From Dehalococcoidaceae bacterium (GTDB lineage: Bacteria > Chloroflexota > Dehalococcoidia > Dehalococcoidales > CSSed11-197): a DNA stretch of 38,306 nt. Shown here piece after piece: positions 27,395 to 37,296 of this stretch (position 1 is its first letter; each line of letters starts with the position of its first letter). The stretch lies in contig JAFGLQ010000119.1 of NCBI GenBank assembly GCA_016928015.1, forward strand, positions 1 through 38,306, given 5' to 3'. The notes beneath the pieces are model-generated. The model was not told the origin of the DNA, did no database searches, and saw only the letters and a list, made by a program, of their open reading frames with translations. A program made the position numbers and the translations under genes.

Positions 27395-29158
27395 ATGTTC
27401 ATGAAACCTAGAACACTCGGCAAGTTCGCGGTTGCGGCACTTGTACTAATAGTGGTTGCAACCGTATTGCCAGCTTGCCAAACGGAGGAAAAACCTGAAA
27501 TCAAGAATCCGGACACTTTTATAGTTGCCACCATCGGTGGCCCGGAAACACTAGACCCGGCGGCAGCCTATGACAGTGCCAGCGGCGAGGTACTGCAGAT
27601 GGTATACGAAACCCTCATATATTACAAAGGCGAAAAAACCGACGAATATGTTGAGGTTCTGGCCGACGAATGGGAAATCTCTGCCGATGGTAAAACCTAC
27701 CGATTCCACATTCGTGATGGAATATACTTCCATAACGGCAACGAAATGACACCGGAAGATGTGGAATATACCTTCGAACGGCAACTGGTACAGGATTATG
27801 TCGGTGCCCCTACCTGGATGCTGTACGAACCCCTGCTGGGTATAGGTACCAGTTCGCATGTCGGTGACTCCCTGCGCCCGCTCAGTGACCTTACCAGCGT
27901 TGTCGAAGTAGTCGATGACAACTGGGTGGAATTCTACCTTGCCGCTCCGTATGAACCGTTTATTCAAATTTTATGCGGGTGGTGGGGCGGTATCGTTGAC
28001 AAGGAATGGTGTATCGAAAACGGCGACTGGGATGGCACCCAGGCTTCTTATGAAGCCCTCAACAATCCGGCTGCCAATGCCTGGCCTCTTGACCTTATTA
28101 CCAACGGCACTGGCCCGTTCAAGCTGGAGTACTGGGAAAAGGCAGTAGAAGTGTCGCTGGTAAGAAACGAAAACTACTGGCGCGATGAAGCCCCGTTCGC
28201 CAGGCTGCTCATCAAAGATGTCCCTGAATGGACAACCCGAAAACTCATGCTTGAAAACGGCGACTGCGACTACGCCTATGTACCCACCATCAACTATGAA
28301 GAAATGGAAGGCGCGGCCAACATAACCGTTTACAAAGACCTGCCGCTGGTGCAGTGCGAAGGCTTTTTCTTCAACTACGAAATAAGCTCCGAGAGCACGT
28401 TTATCGGCAGCGGACAACTTGACGGCAACGGTATTCCGACTGACTTCTTTACCGATCAGGACATCCGCAAGGGCTTTACCTACTCTTTCGATTGGGAAGC
28501 CTATATAGACGATGCCATGAACGGTCACGGTGTTCAACCGGCCTCTCCAGTAGTAAAAGGGCTTACCTACTACAATCCCGACCTCCCCATTTACTCCCAT
28601 GATGCTGCCAAAGCCGAAGAACATTTCAAAGCGGCTTTCGGCGGCCAGGTCTGGGAAAAGGGTTTCAAGATGACCCTGGCCTATAACAGCGGCAACGATA
28701 CCCGCAAGGTTGCCTGCGAAATCCTGGCCGACAATATCAACGCCCTTAACCCGAAATTCCAGGTTACCGCTGCTCCCCAGGAATGGACCAGCTACGGCGC
28801 CCAGATGTATGCCCAGGTACTTCCCTGCTTCCAGGTCGGCTGGATACCCGATTTCTTCGATGCCCACAACTTTATCTATACCTGGATGCACGAAGGCGGC
28901 TACTGGGCATATTACCAGCGCTACAACAACCCGGAAGCCACCGCTCTGATCGAAAAGGCCATCAACTCTCCGGATTCCGACGAACGCCAGGCAATATATG
29001 ATCAGCTTGCCGGTATCTACTACGATGAATGCCCCGGCATCCTACTGGTGCAGCCCACCGGCAACCGTTATTTCCGGGACTGGGTCAAGGGCTTCTACTT
29101 CAACCCGGCCAACTCCGCCAACTATGGCTGGGTTTACGAGCTTGAGAAAAAGTACTAA
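27395..29158 (+). CDS. dppA: Peptide ABC transporter substrate-binding lipoprotein (family 5)
   Basis: Lipobox LPAC, TLDPA, YETL, FHNG..T.EDV and GTGPFKL motifs; GGAGG RBS. Confidence 0.92.
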   Translation: MFMKPRTLGKFAVAALVLIVVATVLPACQTEEKPEIKNPDTFIVATIGGPETLDPAAAYDSASGEVLQMVYETLIYYKGEKTDEYVEVLADEWEISADGKTYRFHIRDGIYFHNGNEMTPEDVEYTFERQLVQDYVGAPTWMLYEPLLGIGTSSHVGDSLRPLSDLTSVVEVVDDNWVEFYLAAPYEPFIQILCGWWGGIVDKEWCIENGDWDGTQASYEALNNPAANAWPLDLITNGTGPFKLEYWEKAVEVSLVRNENYWRDEAPFARLLIKDVPEWTTRKLMLENGDCDYAYVPTINYEEMEGAANITVYKDLPLVQCEGFFFNYEISSESTFIGSGQLDGNGIPTDFFTDQDIRKGFTYSFDWEAYIDDAMNGHGVQPASPVVKGLTYYNPDLPIYSHDAAKAEEHFKAAFGGQVWEKGFKMTLAYNSGNDTRKVACEILADNINALNPKFQVTAAPQEWTSYGAQMYAQVLPCFQVGWIPDFFDAHNFIYTWMHEGGYWAYYQRYNNPEATALIEKAINSPDSDERQAIYDQLAGIYYDECPGILLVQPTGNRYFRDWVKGFYFNPANSANYGWVYELEKKY

Positions 29159-29218
29159 TATATATCACTGGTAGATAAAGTTAAACATTCATTGATTTTG
29201 GCGACCTGATGTAAGATG

Positions 29219-29258
29219 GACAGGGCCCCTGACTCCTCTTCAACAAAGGGGCCCTGTC
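29219..29258 (+). other. Intercistronic hairpin between dppA and dppB
   Basis: GACAGGGCCCCT-N16-AGGGGCCCTGTC, perfect 12-bp stem with no U-tract. Confidence 0.75.
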
Positions 29259-29292
29259 TAAGTATAAAGCATCGACGGAGAAAGGCTGAGCT

Positions 29293-30339
29293 TTGGAATT
29301 TCGTTCTTATTTAATACGAAGATTGTTTCTTCTGATACCCGTTCTGTTAGGCGTTTCCATTTTAATTTTTGGTCTTTTGCAGCTTTTCCCCCCGTACCAG
29401 CGCGCCATGCTCTATGTTACCGACCCTAGGCAGCTATCCAACATTGATGAGATAATAGAACTCTACGGGTTGAATGCGCCGGTATGGCAGCAGTACTTCA
29501 CCTGGCTGGGCCAGGTATTTCAGGGCAACCTCGGCTGGTCAAAAGTTGTTGGCATGTCAGTAACCGATGCAATCTTCAATTTCCTGCCAGCTACCCTGGA
29601 ACTGGCCATTTTTTCAACCCCTATAATTATCCTGGGCGGTATCTGGCTTGGAACCAAAGCCGCCGCCCACAAGGACGGGCTTATCGATCATACCACCCGC
29701 GCCGGGGCTATTGTCGGCTGGTCGTTGCCCACTTTCTGGTTCGGACTGGTTTTACTTATGATCTTCTACGGTTATTTCCGCGGCCTGTTTCCACCCGAAC
29801 GGCTCAGCACCGCCATGAGTGTACTCGTCAACTCGGCATCCTTTACCCGGTACACCCATCTTAATTTTATCGATGGAATATTGAACTGGGAATGGAGGGT
29901 AGTTTTCGACTCCCTCAGGCACCTGGTTCTGCCGGTTATAACCCTGTCGGTTGTCAATATTGCTTTTATTATGCGCCTGATGCGCTCGAGCATGCTTGAA
30001 TCACTGGGCAGAGGATACGTTTTGACAGCCCGTGCCAAAGGTTTGCCGGAAAAACAGGTTATAAACAAACACGCCCGCCGCAATGCCATGATTCCGGTAT
30101 TGACGGTATCAGGGTATATTTTTGCTGCCATCGTTAACGGGGTGGTTATTACTGAAAGCATTTTTAATTACAAAGGGCTTGGCTGGTGGGCATGGCGCAC
30201 CGCCATCCAACTTGATGTGTCTTCAATACTCGGCTTTGCTCTGTTCAGCGGGGTTCTGTTTGTGCTTACCAACCTGGTAGTCGATCTTCTTTATGCTAAA
30301 TTCGACCCTCGCGTGCGCCTGGGAGGGGGTGTTAAATGA
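29293..30339 (+). CDS. dppB: Peptide ABC transporter permease
   Basis: QYFTWL..GNLG, PATLELA, TARAKGL (EAA loop) and LYAKFDPRV motifs. Confidence 0.92.
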   Translation: MEFRSYLIRRLFLLIPVLLGVSILIFGLLQLFPPYQRAMLYVTDPRQLSNIDEIIELYGLNAPVWQQYFTWLGQVFQGNLGWSKVVGMSVTDAIFNFLPATLELAIFSTPIIILGGIWLGTKAAAHKDGLIDHTTRAGAIVGWSLPTFWFGLVLLMIFYGYFRGLFPPERLSTAMSVLVNSASFTRYTHLNFIDGILNWEWRVVFDSLRHLVLPVITLSVVNIAFIMRLMRSSMLESLGRGYVLTARAKGLPEKQVINKHARRNAMIPVLTVSGYIFAAIVNGVVITESIFNYKGLGWWAWRTAIQLDVSSILGFALFSGVLFVLTNLVVDLLYAKFDPRVRLGGGVK

Positions 30340-31223
30340 AGAATTTAAGATTCCTCCTTTTCCACTTCAAAAAGAACCCGCTGTCTGTTATCGGCCTGGT
30401 GATAATAGTAATATTTGCTATCATTGCGGCGCTGGCTCCGGTTATTGCGCCCACACCCGAGGGTCAATTCAACCCGTATATGATACCCCGGGACGGCTAT
30501 GGTTCCACTCCTCAACCCCCCAGCGATACTCACATATTCGGCACCACGCAGGGGCAGTACGATATTTTCTACGGCGTGATCTGGGGTACCCGCACTGCTT
30601 TCCAGGTTGGCCTGGTGGTTATCGGCGCTGTTCTGGTAATCGGCATAATTCTGGGGAGTTTAGCAGGGTATTTCGGCGGTATAATCGATGAGATCATCAT
30701 GCGTATAACCGATATTTTTCTGGCTTTTCCGCCGCTGATTCTTGCCATGGCGGTAACCATCGCCCTGGGAGCCAGCATCGAAAGTATCATCATTGCCATT
30801 ACGGTGGTTTCGTGGCCGAGTTATGCCCGCGTTATTCGGGGAGATATTCTGGCCATACGTGAAGAGGATTATATTGAAGCATCTCGCGGTGTCGGCGCAT
30901 CGCACCTGCGAATTATTTTGAAACACATTTTACCCAATTCGATATATCCCATTTTCATAATGGCTTCTCTGGATATAGGATCGGTGGTCCTCACTGCGGC
31001 TGCTCTCAGCTTCCTGGGTCTGGGCGTACCGGAGGGTTACGCCGACTGGGGGCAGATGATCAATTTTGCCCGCAACTGGATTGTAGGTACTCCCACTAAT
31101 ACTTTTGCCTACTGGCATGCCATTACTATTCCCGGTCTTTTTATCTTCTTCTTCGTGATGGGCTGGAACCTGCTGGGCGATTCCCTGCGTGATATTCTTG
31201 ATCCCAGGCTGGCCAGGAGATAA
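30336..31223 (+). CDS. dppC: Peptide ABC transporter permease
   Basis: HIFGT, YIEASRGVGA, HILPN, LSFLGLG and GDSLRDILDPR motifs. Confidence 0.92.
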   Translation: MKNLRFLLFHFKKNPLSVIGLVIIVIFAIIAALAPVIAPTPEGQFNPYMIPRDGYGSTPQPPSDTHIFGTTQGQYDIFYGVIWGTRTAFQVGLVVIGAVLVIGIILGSLAGYFGGIIDEIIMRITDIFLAFPPLILAMAVTIALGASIESIIIAITVVSWPSYARVIRGDILAIREEDYIEASRGVGASHLRIILKHILPNSIYPIFIMASLDIGSVVLTAAALSFLGLGVPEGYADWGQMINFARNWIVGTPTNTFAYWHAITIPGLFIFFFVMGWNLLGDSLRDILDPRLARR

Positions 31224-31225
31224 CC

Positions 31226-32413
31226 ATGGAAAAGCTGGTGCAGATTAAAGGAGTATCGGTAAATTTCTACACCTATGAAGGTGTTGTCAGAGCGCTGAAT
31301 AATCTCTCCCTGGATATATACAAGGGGGAAACACTGGGCCTTGTCGGTGAAACCGGGTGTGGCAAAACCATGACCGCGTTTGCCATCTTAAGGCTTATTA
31401 TGCCCCCCGGGGTAATAGAAACCGGCACAATCCTGTTTACACCCAACGGCTCAGCACCAGTTGATCTTTTGAGTTTGTCCGAAAAAGATATCCGGGCCAT
31501 TCGCGGCAGTAAAATCTCCATGGTTTTCCAGGAGCCGGGTAACGCTTTGAATCCGGTATACACTATCGGCGACCAGATATCAGAAGTCATACTGCTGCAT
31601 CGTAATAATGAAATGATTGTCCGGGCTATAAAAGACATCGACTGCCATTTGAACCAGCCAGCGGATGAGCGAAATAAGTTATTCGATTATTTTATAAGAA
31701 TGCAGAAATACATTCTCGCTGCAATGCTTAATTCTCCGGGCGCTTTACTACCCAGAATAGTTCAAAAAGTTCCGCTAGTGAAGCGCCTGCTGTGGCGGAT
31801 AAACAACGAGGCCAAAAAAACGGCTGTAGCGATGCTCAAGGAAGTAGATATTCCAGATGCCGAACGCATTGTCAATTATTACCCGCACCAGTTAAGCGGC
31901 GGCATGAAACAGAGAGCGGTTATCGCCATGGCTCTTGCCTGTTCGCCAAAATTTTTGATCGCTGATGAACCTACCACAGCCCTCGATGTTACTATCCAGG
32001 CCCAGATACTCGAACTTCTCCAGCGCCTCAAGGATGAATTCAATTCGTCCGTTTTGTACATAACCCATGACCTTGGCGTTGCTGCAGCCATCTGCGACCG
32101 GGTTGGCGTAATGTATGGCGGCAGTATTGTCGAACTTGCCGAAGTCAACGAGTTGTTTGTCAACCCGCTTCACCCGTATACCAGGGCTTTGCTGGCAGCT
32201 GTGCCCAAGCCGGGCGAAGAACCCATGCCGATTCCCGGCTTTATTCCCGACCCCACCAACCCGCCAGCCGGATGTCCTTTTCATCCCCGGTGTTCATTAG
32301 CGCAAGATATTTGCCGTTTGGAAAAGCCTGAATTGCACGAAATATATCCCGGTCATTTCATCGGTTGCCATATCGACGCAGGAGAAAATATTGACACCCC
32401 TAGTCAGAACTAA
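31226..32413 (+). CDS. dppD: Peptide ABC transporter ATPase with an approximately 60-aa insertion
   Basis: GETGCGKT, YPHQLSGGMKQR, ADEPTTALD, HPYT and C-terminal GCPFHPRC motifs. Confidence 0.92.
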   Translation: MEKLVQIKGVSVNFYTYEGVVRALNNLSLDIYKGETLGLVGETGCGKTMTAFAILRLIMPPGVIETGTILFTPNGSAPVDLLSLSEKDIRAIRGSKISMVFQEPGNALNPVYTIGDQISEVILLHRNNEMIVRAIKDIDCHLNQPADERNKLFDYFIRMQKYILAAMLNSPGALLPRIVQKVPLVKRLLWRINNEAKKTAVAMLKEVDIPDAERIVNYYPHQLSGGMKQRAVIAMALACSPKFLIADEPTTALDVTIQAQILELLQRLKDEFNSSVLYITHDLGVAAAICDRVGVMYGGSIVELAEVNELFVNPLHPYTRALLAAVPKPGEEPMPIPGFIPDPTNPPAGCPFHPRCSLAQDICRLEKPELHEIYPGHFIGCHIDAGENIDTPSQN

Positions 32414-33437
32414 AAATTTAAAAACTTACTTTCCGATATTGCAGGGCATCATAAGGCGTCCTGTCGGTTATGTAAAAGCAGTCGATGATATCAGCCTGGA
32501 TGTTCAGCACGGGCAGTGGCTCGGTCTGGTAGGCGAATCCGGATGCGGCAAGACTACACTGGGCAAAACCATATTGCGTTTGATCGAACCCACTTCCGGG
32601 CATATATATTTCGATACTCCTTCAGAAATATTCCAGCAAATCGAATCGGCTGAAAATGAAAACAATCAGGAAACATTAGAAACGCTTTATGATACTTATG
32701 ATTTAGCCACCTTTTCGGGCGGGAAATTAAAAGTGCTTCGCAAAGACATGCAACTTGTTCACCAGGACCCCTTCAGTTCGTTGAATCCCAGGATGAAGAT
32801 AAAAGATATCGTCTCCGAACCCATGATCGTTCACAATTCAACTTCTGGAGATGAAAGGCTGAAAAGGGCGGCTGAACTTATGAACCTCGTAGGATTAAGC
32901 GAGAAGAACCTGTCTCGTTATCCGCATCAATTCAGCGGCGGCCAGCGTCAGAGGATTGCTATTGCCAGGGCTCTGGCTACTACTCCGAAATTTATCGTTT
33001 TCGATGAACCTACTTCAGCGCTTGACGTTTCGGTACAGGCCCAGATACTAATTCTCTTAAAAGAACTCAAGCAGAAATTTAACCTTACTTATTTATATAT
33101 AACGCATGCTCTGACTGTAGCCGAAAGCGTGTGCGATTCTATTGCGGTGATGTATTTGGGGAAAATCGTTGAATACGGAGACCCTTCAGTTATTTTCAAG
33201 GAGCCCATGCATCCTTATACCCAGGCGCTGATTCTTTCAACTCCTATACCCGATCCTCAGCAGAAAAGAGTGCGCCTGGTTCTGCCGGGCGAGGTTCCCA
33301 GCCCTTCCAACCCGCCACCCGGCTGCCGCTTTCATCCCCGGTGCTCAAGAGCTACTGATGTTTGCGCTACAACCGAACCACCACTGAAGCAAAGGGGGCA
33401 AAACCGCAAGGTTGCTTGCTGGCATCCACTGGTTTAA
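32391..33437 (+). CDS. dppF: Peptide ABC transporter ATPase
   Basis: GESGCGKT, YPHQFSGGQRQR, DEPTSALD and GCRFHPRC motifs. Confidence 0.92.
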   Translation: MTPLVRTKNLKTYFPILQGIIRRPVGYVKAVDDISLDVQHGQWLGLVGESGCGKTTLGKTILRLIEPTSGHIYFDTPSEIFQQIESAENENNQETLETLYDTYDLATFSGGKLKVLRKDMQLVHQDPFSSLNPRMKIKDIVSEPMIVHNSTSGDERLKRAAELMNLVGLSEKNLSRYPHQFSGGQRQRIAIARALATTPKFIVFDEPTSALDVSVQAQILILLKELKQKFNLTYLYITHALTVAESVCDSIAVMYLGKIVEYGDPSVIFKEPMHPYTQALILSTPIPDPQQKRVRLVLPGEVPSPSNPPPGCRFHPRCSRATDVCATTEPPLKQRGQNRKVACWHPLV

Positions 33438-33443
33438 TCATTA

Positions 33444-34055
33444 ATGATCCCCCTTCTCATCGGTGCATTTTCAATATCGCTGGCCGCCGCCCTAACTCCC
33501 GGCCCTGTTGTCACTGTAACCCTGGCTAAAAGCTATCGTTCCGCATGGGCCGGTTTTCAGGTAGCTCTGGGTGGCGCAGTCGTAGAAATTCCTATAATCC
33601 TTCTTATCTACTTCGGTTTCGGACAAATACTGAAAATAGACTGGGTTCAAATGGCCCTGGGTATTACCGGCGGCCTGCTGCTTATAGTACTTGGGTTTTT
33701 TCTGTTCAGGCGGCGTACGGTTGTGTTTTCTCACAGTAGCGACCTTCCGGTGACGGCGTTTAAACTTGGAGTTCTAACTTCGCTGGTGAATCCGGGTATG
33801 GCAGTCTGGTGGGCCAGTGTCGGAGCACTGCTTATATCCCAAGCTGCCTCCTACGGAATAGCCGGCCTTATCTGGCTTACCGCAGCTATAGAACTGCCAA
33901 ATTTCTTATGGTATTCAACAATTTCGGTACTTTTTAACCGTTATAATCATTTGTGGAGCCCAAAATGGCAAACCATTTTGATTATCGTTTTCAGTTTCGT
34001 TCTAACTGGTTTTGGAGTATGGTTCATCATAAATGCCCTGCAGCCTGTTTTATAG
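33444..34055 (+). CDS. LysE/RhtB-family exporter
   Basis: ALTPGP motif, NP..W motif, about six hydrophobic segments. Confidence 0.88.
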   Translation: MIPLLIGAFSISLAAALTPGPVVTVTLAKSYRSAWAGFQVALGGAVVEIPIILLIYFGFGQILKIDWVQMALGITGGLLLIVLGFFLFRRRTVVFSHSSDLPVTAFKLGVLTSLVNPGMAVWWASVGALLISQAASYGIAGLIWLTAAIELPNFLWYSTISVLFNRYNHLWSPKWQTILIIVFSFVLTGFGVWFIINALQPVL

Positions 34056-34073
34056 CTCTTTTCTTACAAGATA

Positions 34074-34103
34074 TTGACACCTGGACGCCTACTGGCATAT
34101 CAT
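34074..34103 (+). promoter_or_regulatory. Putative promoter TTGACA-N18-TATCAT just upstream of an SD-less ATG
   Basis: The -10 ends 12 nt before ATG 34116, and no Shine-Dalgarno is visible. Confidence 0.5.
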
Positions 34104-34115
34104 TTCTAAACTGAA

Positions 34116-36101
34116 ATGACTGATACTGCAATCTCCAGGCCGCCCCTTAGCAATTGGTTAGGCAGCCGGCCCGTGATTTTTGAAATCGTTTTTCCGGCCC
34201 TGTTAACCGCCTTAGGGTTGCAGGCAATCAGAGAGCTTATCTCCGGGCTGACCTGGACGCTTGGAGATCGCTTCGGTGTAGGCGCTCCGGTGCTGGGGCT
34301 GATCGCCCTGATAGTTTTCAGCTCTGCTTTTGCGGCATTGCTGCTTAATAAATATCTCGGCATCAAGCGTTCCATAACCGGTTCTGTTGTCGCCGTATGC
34401 ATTGCCTATTTTTTTGCGGGAATATGGCCGCTGGATCCCCTTTTAAATACCGGGTTTTCAATAATCGCCACGATGGCCTTTGGCGTCTTTTTACCGCTTT
34501 ATATTGACCGCGTGAGAATGGCCGGCAGCAAAATTACGGGCTTATTCGCCCTGGGAATATTTACCGGCCTGGGCCTGGATAGTGCGATTCATGGCGCCTA
34601 CGGAACTTACGATATAATATGGTCTGCTGACCCGATTTCGTTGTTATTAAAATTTACACTGGTTTCAATCACATTGTATTTTACCCTCAAGGGATTCAAA
34701 TATTTTGTTCAGGATTCCCGCCCGCCCCTTTCGTTTTCCTTTAACTCTGCCATTCCATTGATTGCAATCGGTCCGTTTCTTTTTCTTGAGCTCCAAATAT
34801 TTCAGAATATTGCACGCCTGGCTACACTCACCGGGTGGCAAATACCGGTAGCTTTTGGCTGGGTCATGCTTGGCAACTTGATAAGCCTGACGCTTTCAGC
34901 CTGGTTCATATATCGCCCGCCCAAATACAGGCTTGCCGTAATATCCTTGCTGGCATTGATTCTCCAGGTAACTACATTGTTGTCCTACCCTGAAGGTATC
35001 ATGGCTGCCTTATACCTGGTGCTGGGCCAGCCGGCATTATGCCTGCTGGTACTGTACTTGATTTTATACACCGGCAAAAATGCTTTCCAGGTAAAGATGC
35101 CTGCCTTTAGCTCCGCTTCGATCCCGGTTGGATTTGGTATGATACTGCTGGTAGCCTTAATACTGGTGTATTATGCCACCTATCAGATAAAAATCCCTTT
35201 CGAAACCCGGATTCTCGAACCCATGGCAGCCTTCTTGGTAATCGCCTGTGTATTGCCCCTGGCCGGCAAAGGTTCTTTCCGGGCCGGATATGAACCACGC
35301 TCGTGGCTGGCCCCTGCCATTACCGTTATTCTGCTGCTATTCAGTTTTGCCAGCATGGTCACCTGGCAGCCTGTGCCCGTTACCTCCTACCATGATACCG
35401 GAATAAAGGTGATGAGCTACAATCTGCATAATGGTTTCGATACCCGGGGCTACCTCGGCCTCGAGGAACTGGCGGCCAATATCGAGCTCCACTCTCCGGA
35501 CATTCTTGCCCTGCAGGAAATCAGCCGCGGATGGCTGATAAGTGGACGGGTTGATATGCTAGGCTGGCTTTCCCAGCGTCTGGGTATGCATTATGTCTAT
35601 GGCGCCACCGCCGGGCCCCTCTGGGGAAACGCCATACTGAGCCGTTACGAAATAACCGAATGGGTTAATATACCGTTACCATCGGAAGGCCTTGCTATCG
35701 AAAGAGGTTTTATTTCAGCACAAATCAAAATAGATGAGGGGAAATATGTAAATGTTTTAGCCACCCATTTTCATCATATCTCCGGCGATTCTGCAATCCG
35801 CCAGCAACAGGCTGAAGCACTCCTCGATTATTGGAACCGGACGGAGAGTACAGTAATAATGGGAGATTTAAACGCTTCCCCGGATGCGCCGGAAATACAG
35901 ATGTTCAAGGATGCCGGGCTGATAGATGTTTTGTCCATTATCGAACCCCCTCCTGCTTACACCTTTCACGCCAACGAACCTTATGAACGCATCGATTACA
36001 TATGGACAAGCCCGGAGATGGAAGTGCAGGATATCCTGGTACACCCGTCTACTGCTTCCGACCATTTGTCAATTATGGCGACTATCTTTCCTGACTACTA
36101 A
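34116..36101 (+). CDS. Multi-pass membrane protein fused to a C-terminal EEP (endonuclease/exonuclease/phosphatase) domain, CWH43/PGAP2IP-like
   Basis: About 420 aa of hydrophobic segments, then SYNLHNG, ALQE, GNAILSRY, GDLNA, RIDYIW and SDH EEP motifs. Confidence 0.85.
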   Translation: MTDTAISRPPLSNWLGSRPVIFEIVFPALLTALGLQAIRELISGLTWTLGDRFGVGAPVLGLIALIVFSSAFAALLLNKYLGIKRSITGSVVAVCIAYFFAGIWPLDPLLNTGFSIIATMAFGVFLPLYIDRVRMAGSKITGLFALGIFTGLGLDSAIHGAYGTYDIIWSADPISLLLKFTLVSITLYFTLKGFKYFVQDSRPPLSFSFNSAIPLIAIGPFLFLELQIFQNIARLATLTGWQIPVAFGWVMLGNLISLTLSAWFIYRPPKYRLAVISLLALILQVTTLLSYPEGIMAALYLVLGQPALCLLVLYLILYTGKNAFQVKMPAFSSASIPVGFGMILLVALILVYYATYQIKIPFETRILEPMAAFLVIACVLPLAGKGSFRAGYEPRSWLAPAITVILLLFSFASMVTWQPVPVTSYHDTGIKVMSYNLHNGFDTRGYLGLEELAANIELHSPDILALQEISRGWLISGRVDMLGWLSQRLGMHYVYGATAGPLWGNAILSRYEITEWVNIPLPSEGLAIERGFISAQIKIDEGKYVNVLATHFHHISGDSAIRQQQAEALLDYWNRTESTVIMGDLNASPDAPEIQMFKDAGLIDVLSIIEPPPAYTFHANEPYERIDYIWTSPEMEVQDILVHPSTASDHLSIMATIFPDY

Positions 36102-37207
36102 AAGTCTATTACAAAACGTCCATTTTCATAGAATAATTCTTTATCGACCCACACTTGCCCGCCGTCTCTCAAATCACACACCATATCCCAGTGAATAGCG
36201 GATTCATTCTTAGAGCCTGTCTCGGGATAACCGGCTCCGAGCGCCATGTGGAACGAACCGCCGATTTTTTCATCGAAGAGTATTTGCCGGGTAAACTTTT
36301 TTATGCCATCGTTAGTTCCAAAAGCAAATTCACCCACATATCGCGCACCCTCGTCAGTATCCAGCTTTTTTATTAGAAATTCTTCGTTCTTTTCCGCTGT
36401 AGCCTTAATCACCTTGCCTTTTTCAAACCAGAGCCTTACACCGGTGACTTCTTTGCCATCGTAGATGGCGGGGTATGAGAAGTAAACCTTGCCTTCCAGG
36501 CTATTTTCTACCGGACCGGTAAATACCTCGCCATCCGGTACGTTAAAGCGCGCGTCGCAGTTGATGAATTTGCGCCCTTCGATACTCAATTTTAAATCCG
36601 TTTCTTTTGCCAGTACCCGGACTTCTTTTTTCCCGTCCAGCCAGCGGATTATTTTATCCTGCCATGCAGAAAACCTCTTCCAGTAACCAACAGGATCATC
36701 CAAATCCGGCATGCATGCTCCGTATACAAAATCCTCATACTCTTCCAGGCTCATATCGGCATCCTGAGCGCAGGCGTTGTTGGGGAAAATGGTCAGTGTC
36801 CATTTGTATTCCCCGGCTGCCGAACGCCGCATCATGGTTTTCATGAGGCTTGTTCTTGCTTTATCGGCAATTACCATGCGTTGCGGGTCTACACTGGACA
36901 GCGCCCGGGTGTTATGTTCCGCATAACATGCTATTCTGGCGTCATAGGTCTTAACAACCAGTTCCTGGGGTGGCGGGATATGCTTTAGCTGCTCTTCACT
37001 GGCATACTTGTAAAATATTTCCTCCATACCGTTCAGATTCACTACAGTGAAAGGCAATCCGCCGGCTTTCAAAACATGCTTGTATACCGCTTTTATCAGC
37101 GGTTCTGCCAGTGTATCGCCGTTTATGACAACCTTTTCGCCCGGTTTTACGCTCACCGAATAGTTGACCAGCATGCTGGCCAGTTTGTCCACCCTGGGAT
37201 CAGCCAT
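36098..37207 (-). CDS. M29-family aminopeptidase (AmpS/aminopeptidase T)
   Basis: NVPDGEVFTGP, GEFAFGTN, LFDEKIGGSFHMALG and SAIHWDM motifs; AGGAGG RBS before ATG 37207. Confidence 0.93.
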   Translation of the reverse strand: MADPRVDKLASMLVNYSVSVKPGEKVVINGDTLAEPLIKAVYKHVLKAGGLPFTVVNLNGMEEIFYKYASEEQLKHIPPPQELVVKTYDARIACYAEHNTRALSSVDPQRMVIADKARTSLMKTMMRRSAAGEYKWTLTIFPNNACAQDADMSLEEYEDFVYGACMPDLDDPVGYWKRFSAWQDKIIRWLDGKKEVRVLAKETDLKLSIEGRKFINCDARFNVPDGEVFTGPVENSLEGKVYFSYPAIYDGKEVTGVRLWFEKGKVIKATAEKNEEFLIKKLDTDEGARYVGEFAFGTNDGIKKFTRQILFDEKIGGSFHMALGAGYPETGSKNESAIHWDMVCDLRDGGQVWVDKELFYENGRFVIDF

Positions 37208-37296
37208 AGTTGTCCTCCTGTCTTGATTTAACAAAGTTGAATACGCGTCTAATTATATCCACAAAACCTGGTATGTGTATATACCACACCCTGCCT

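Noticed and set aside
27971-28891. 306-aa antisense ORF inside dppA
   Set aside because: Shadow ORF produced by the codon bias of dppA; no motifs or RBS seen.
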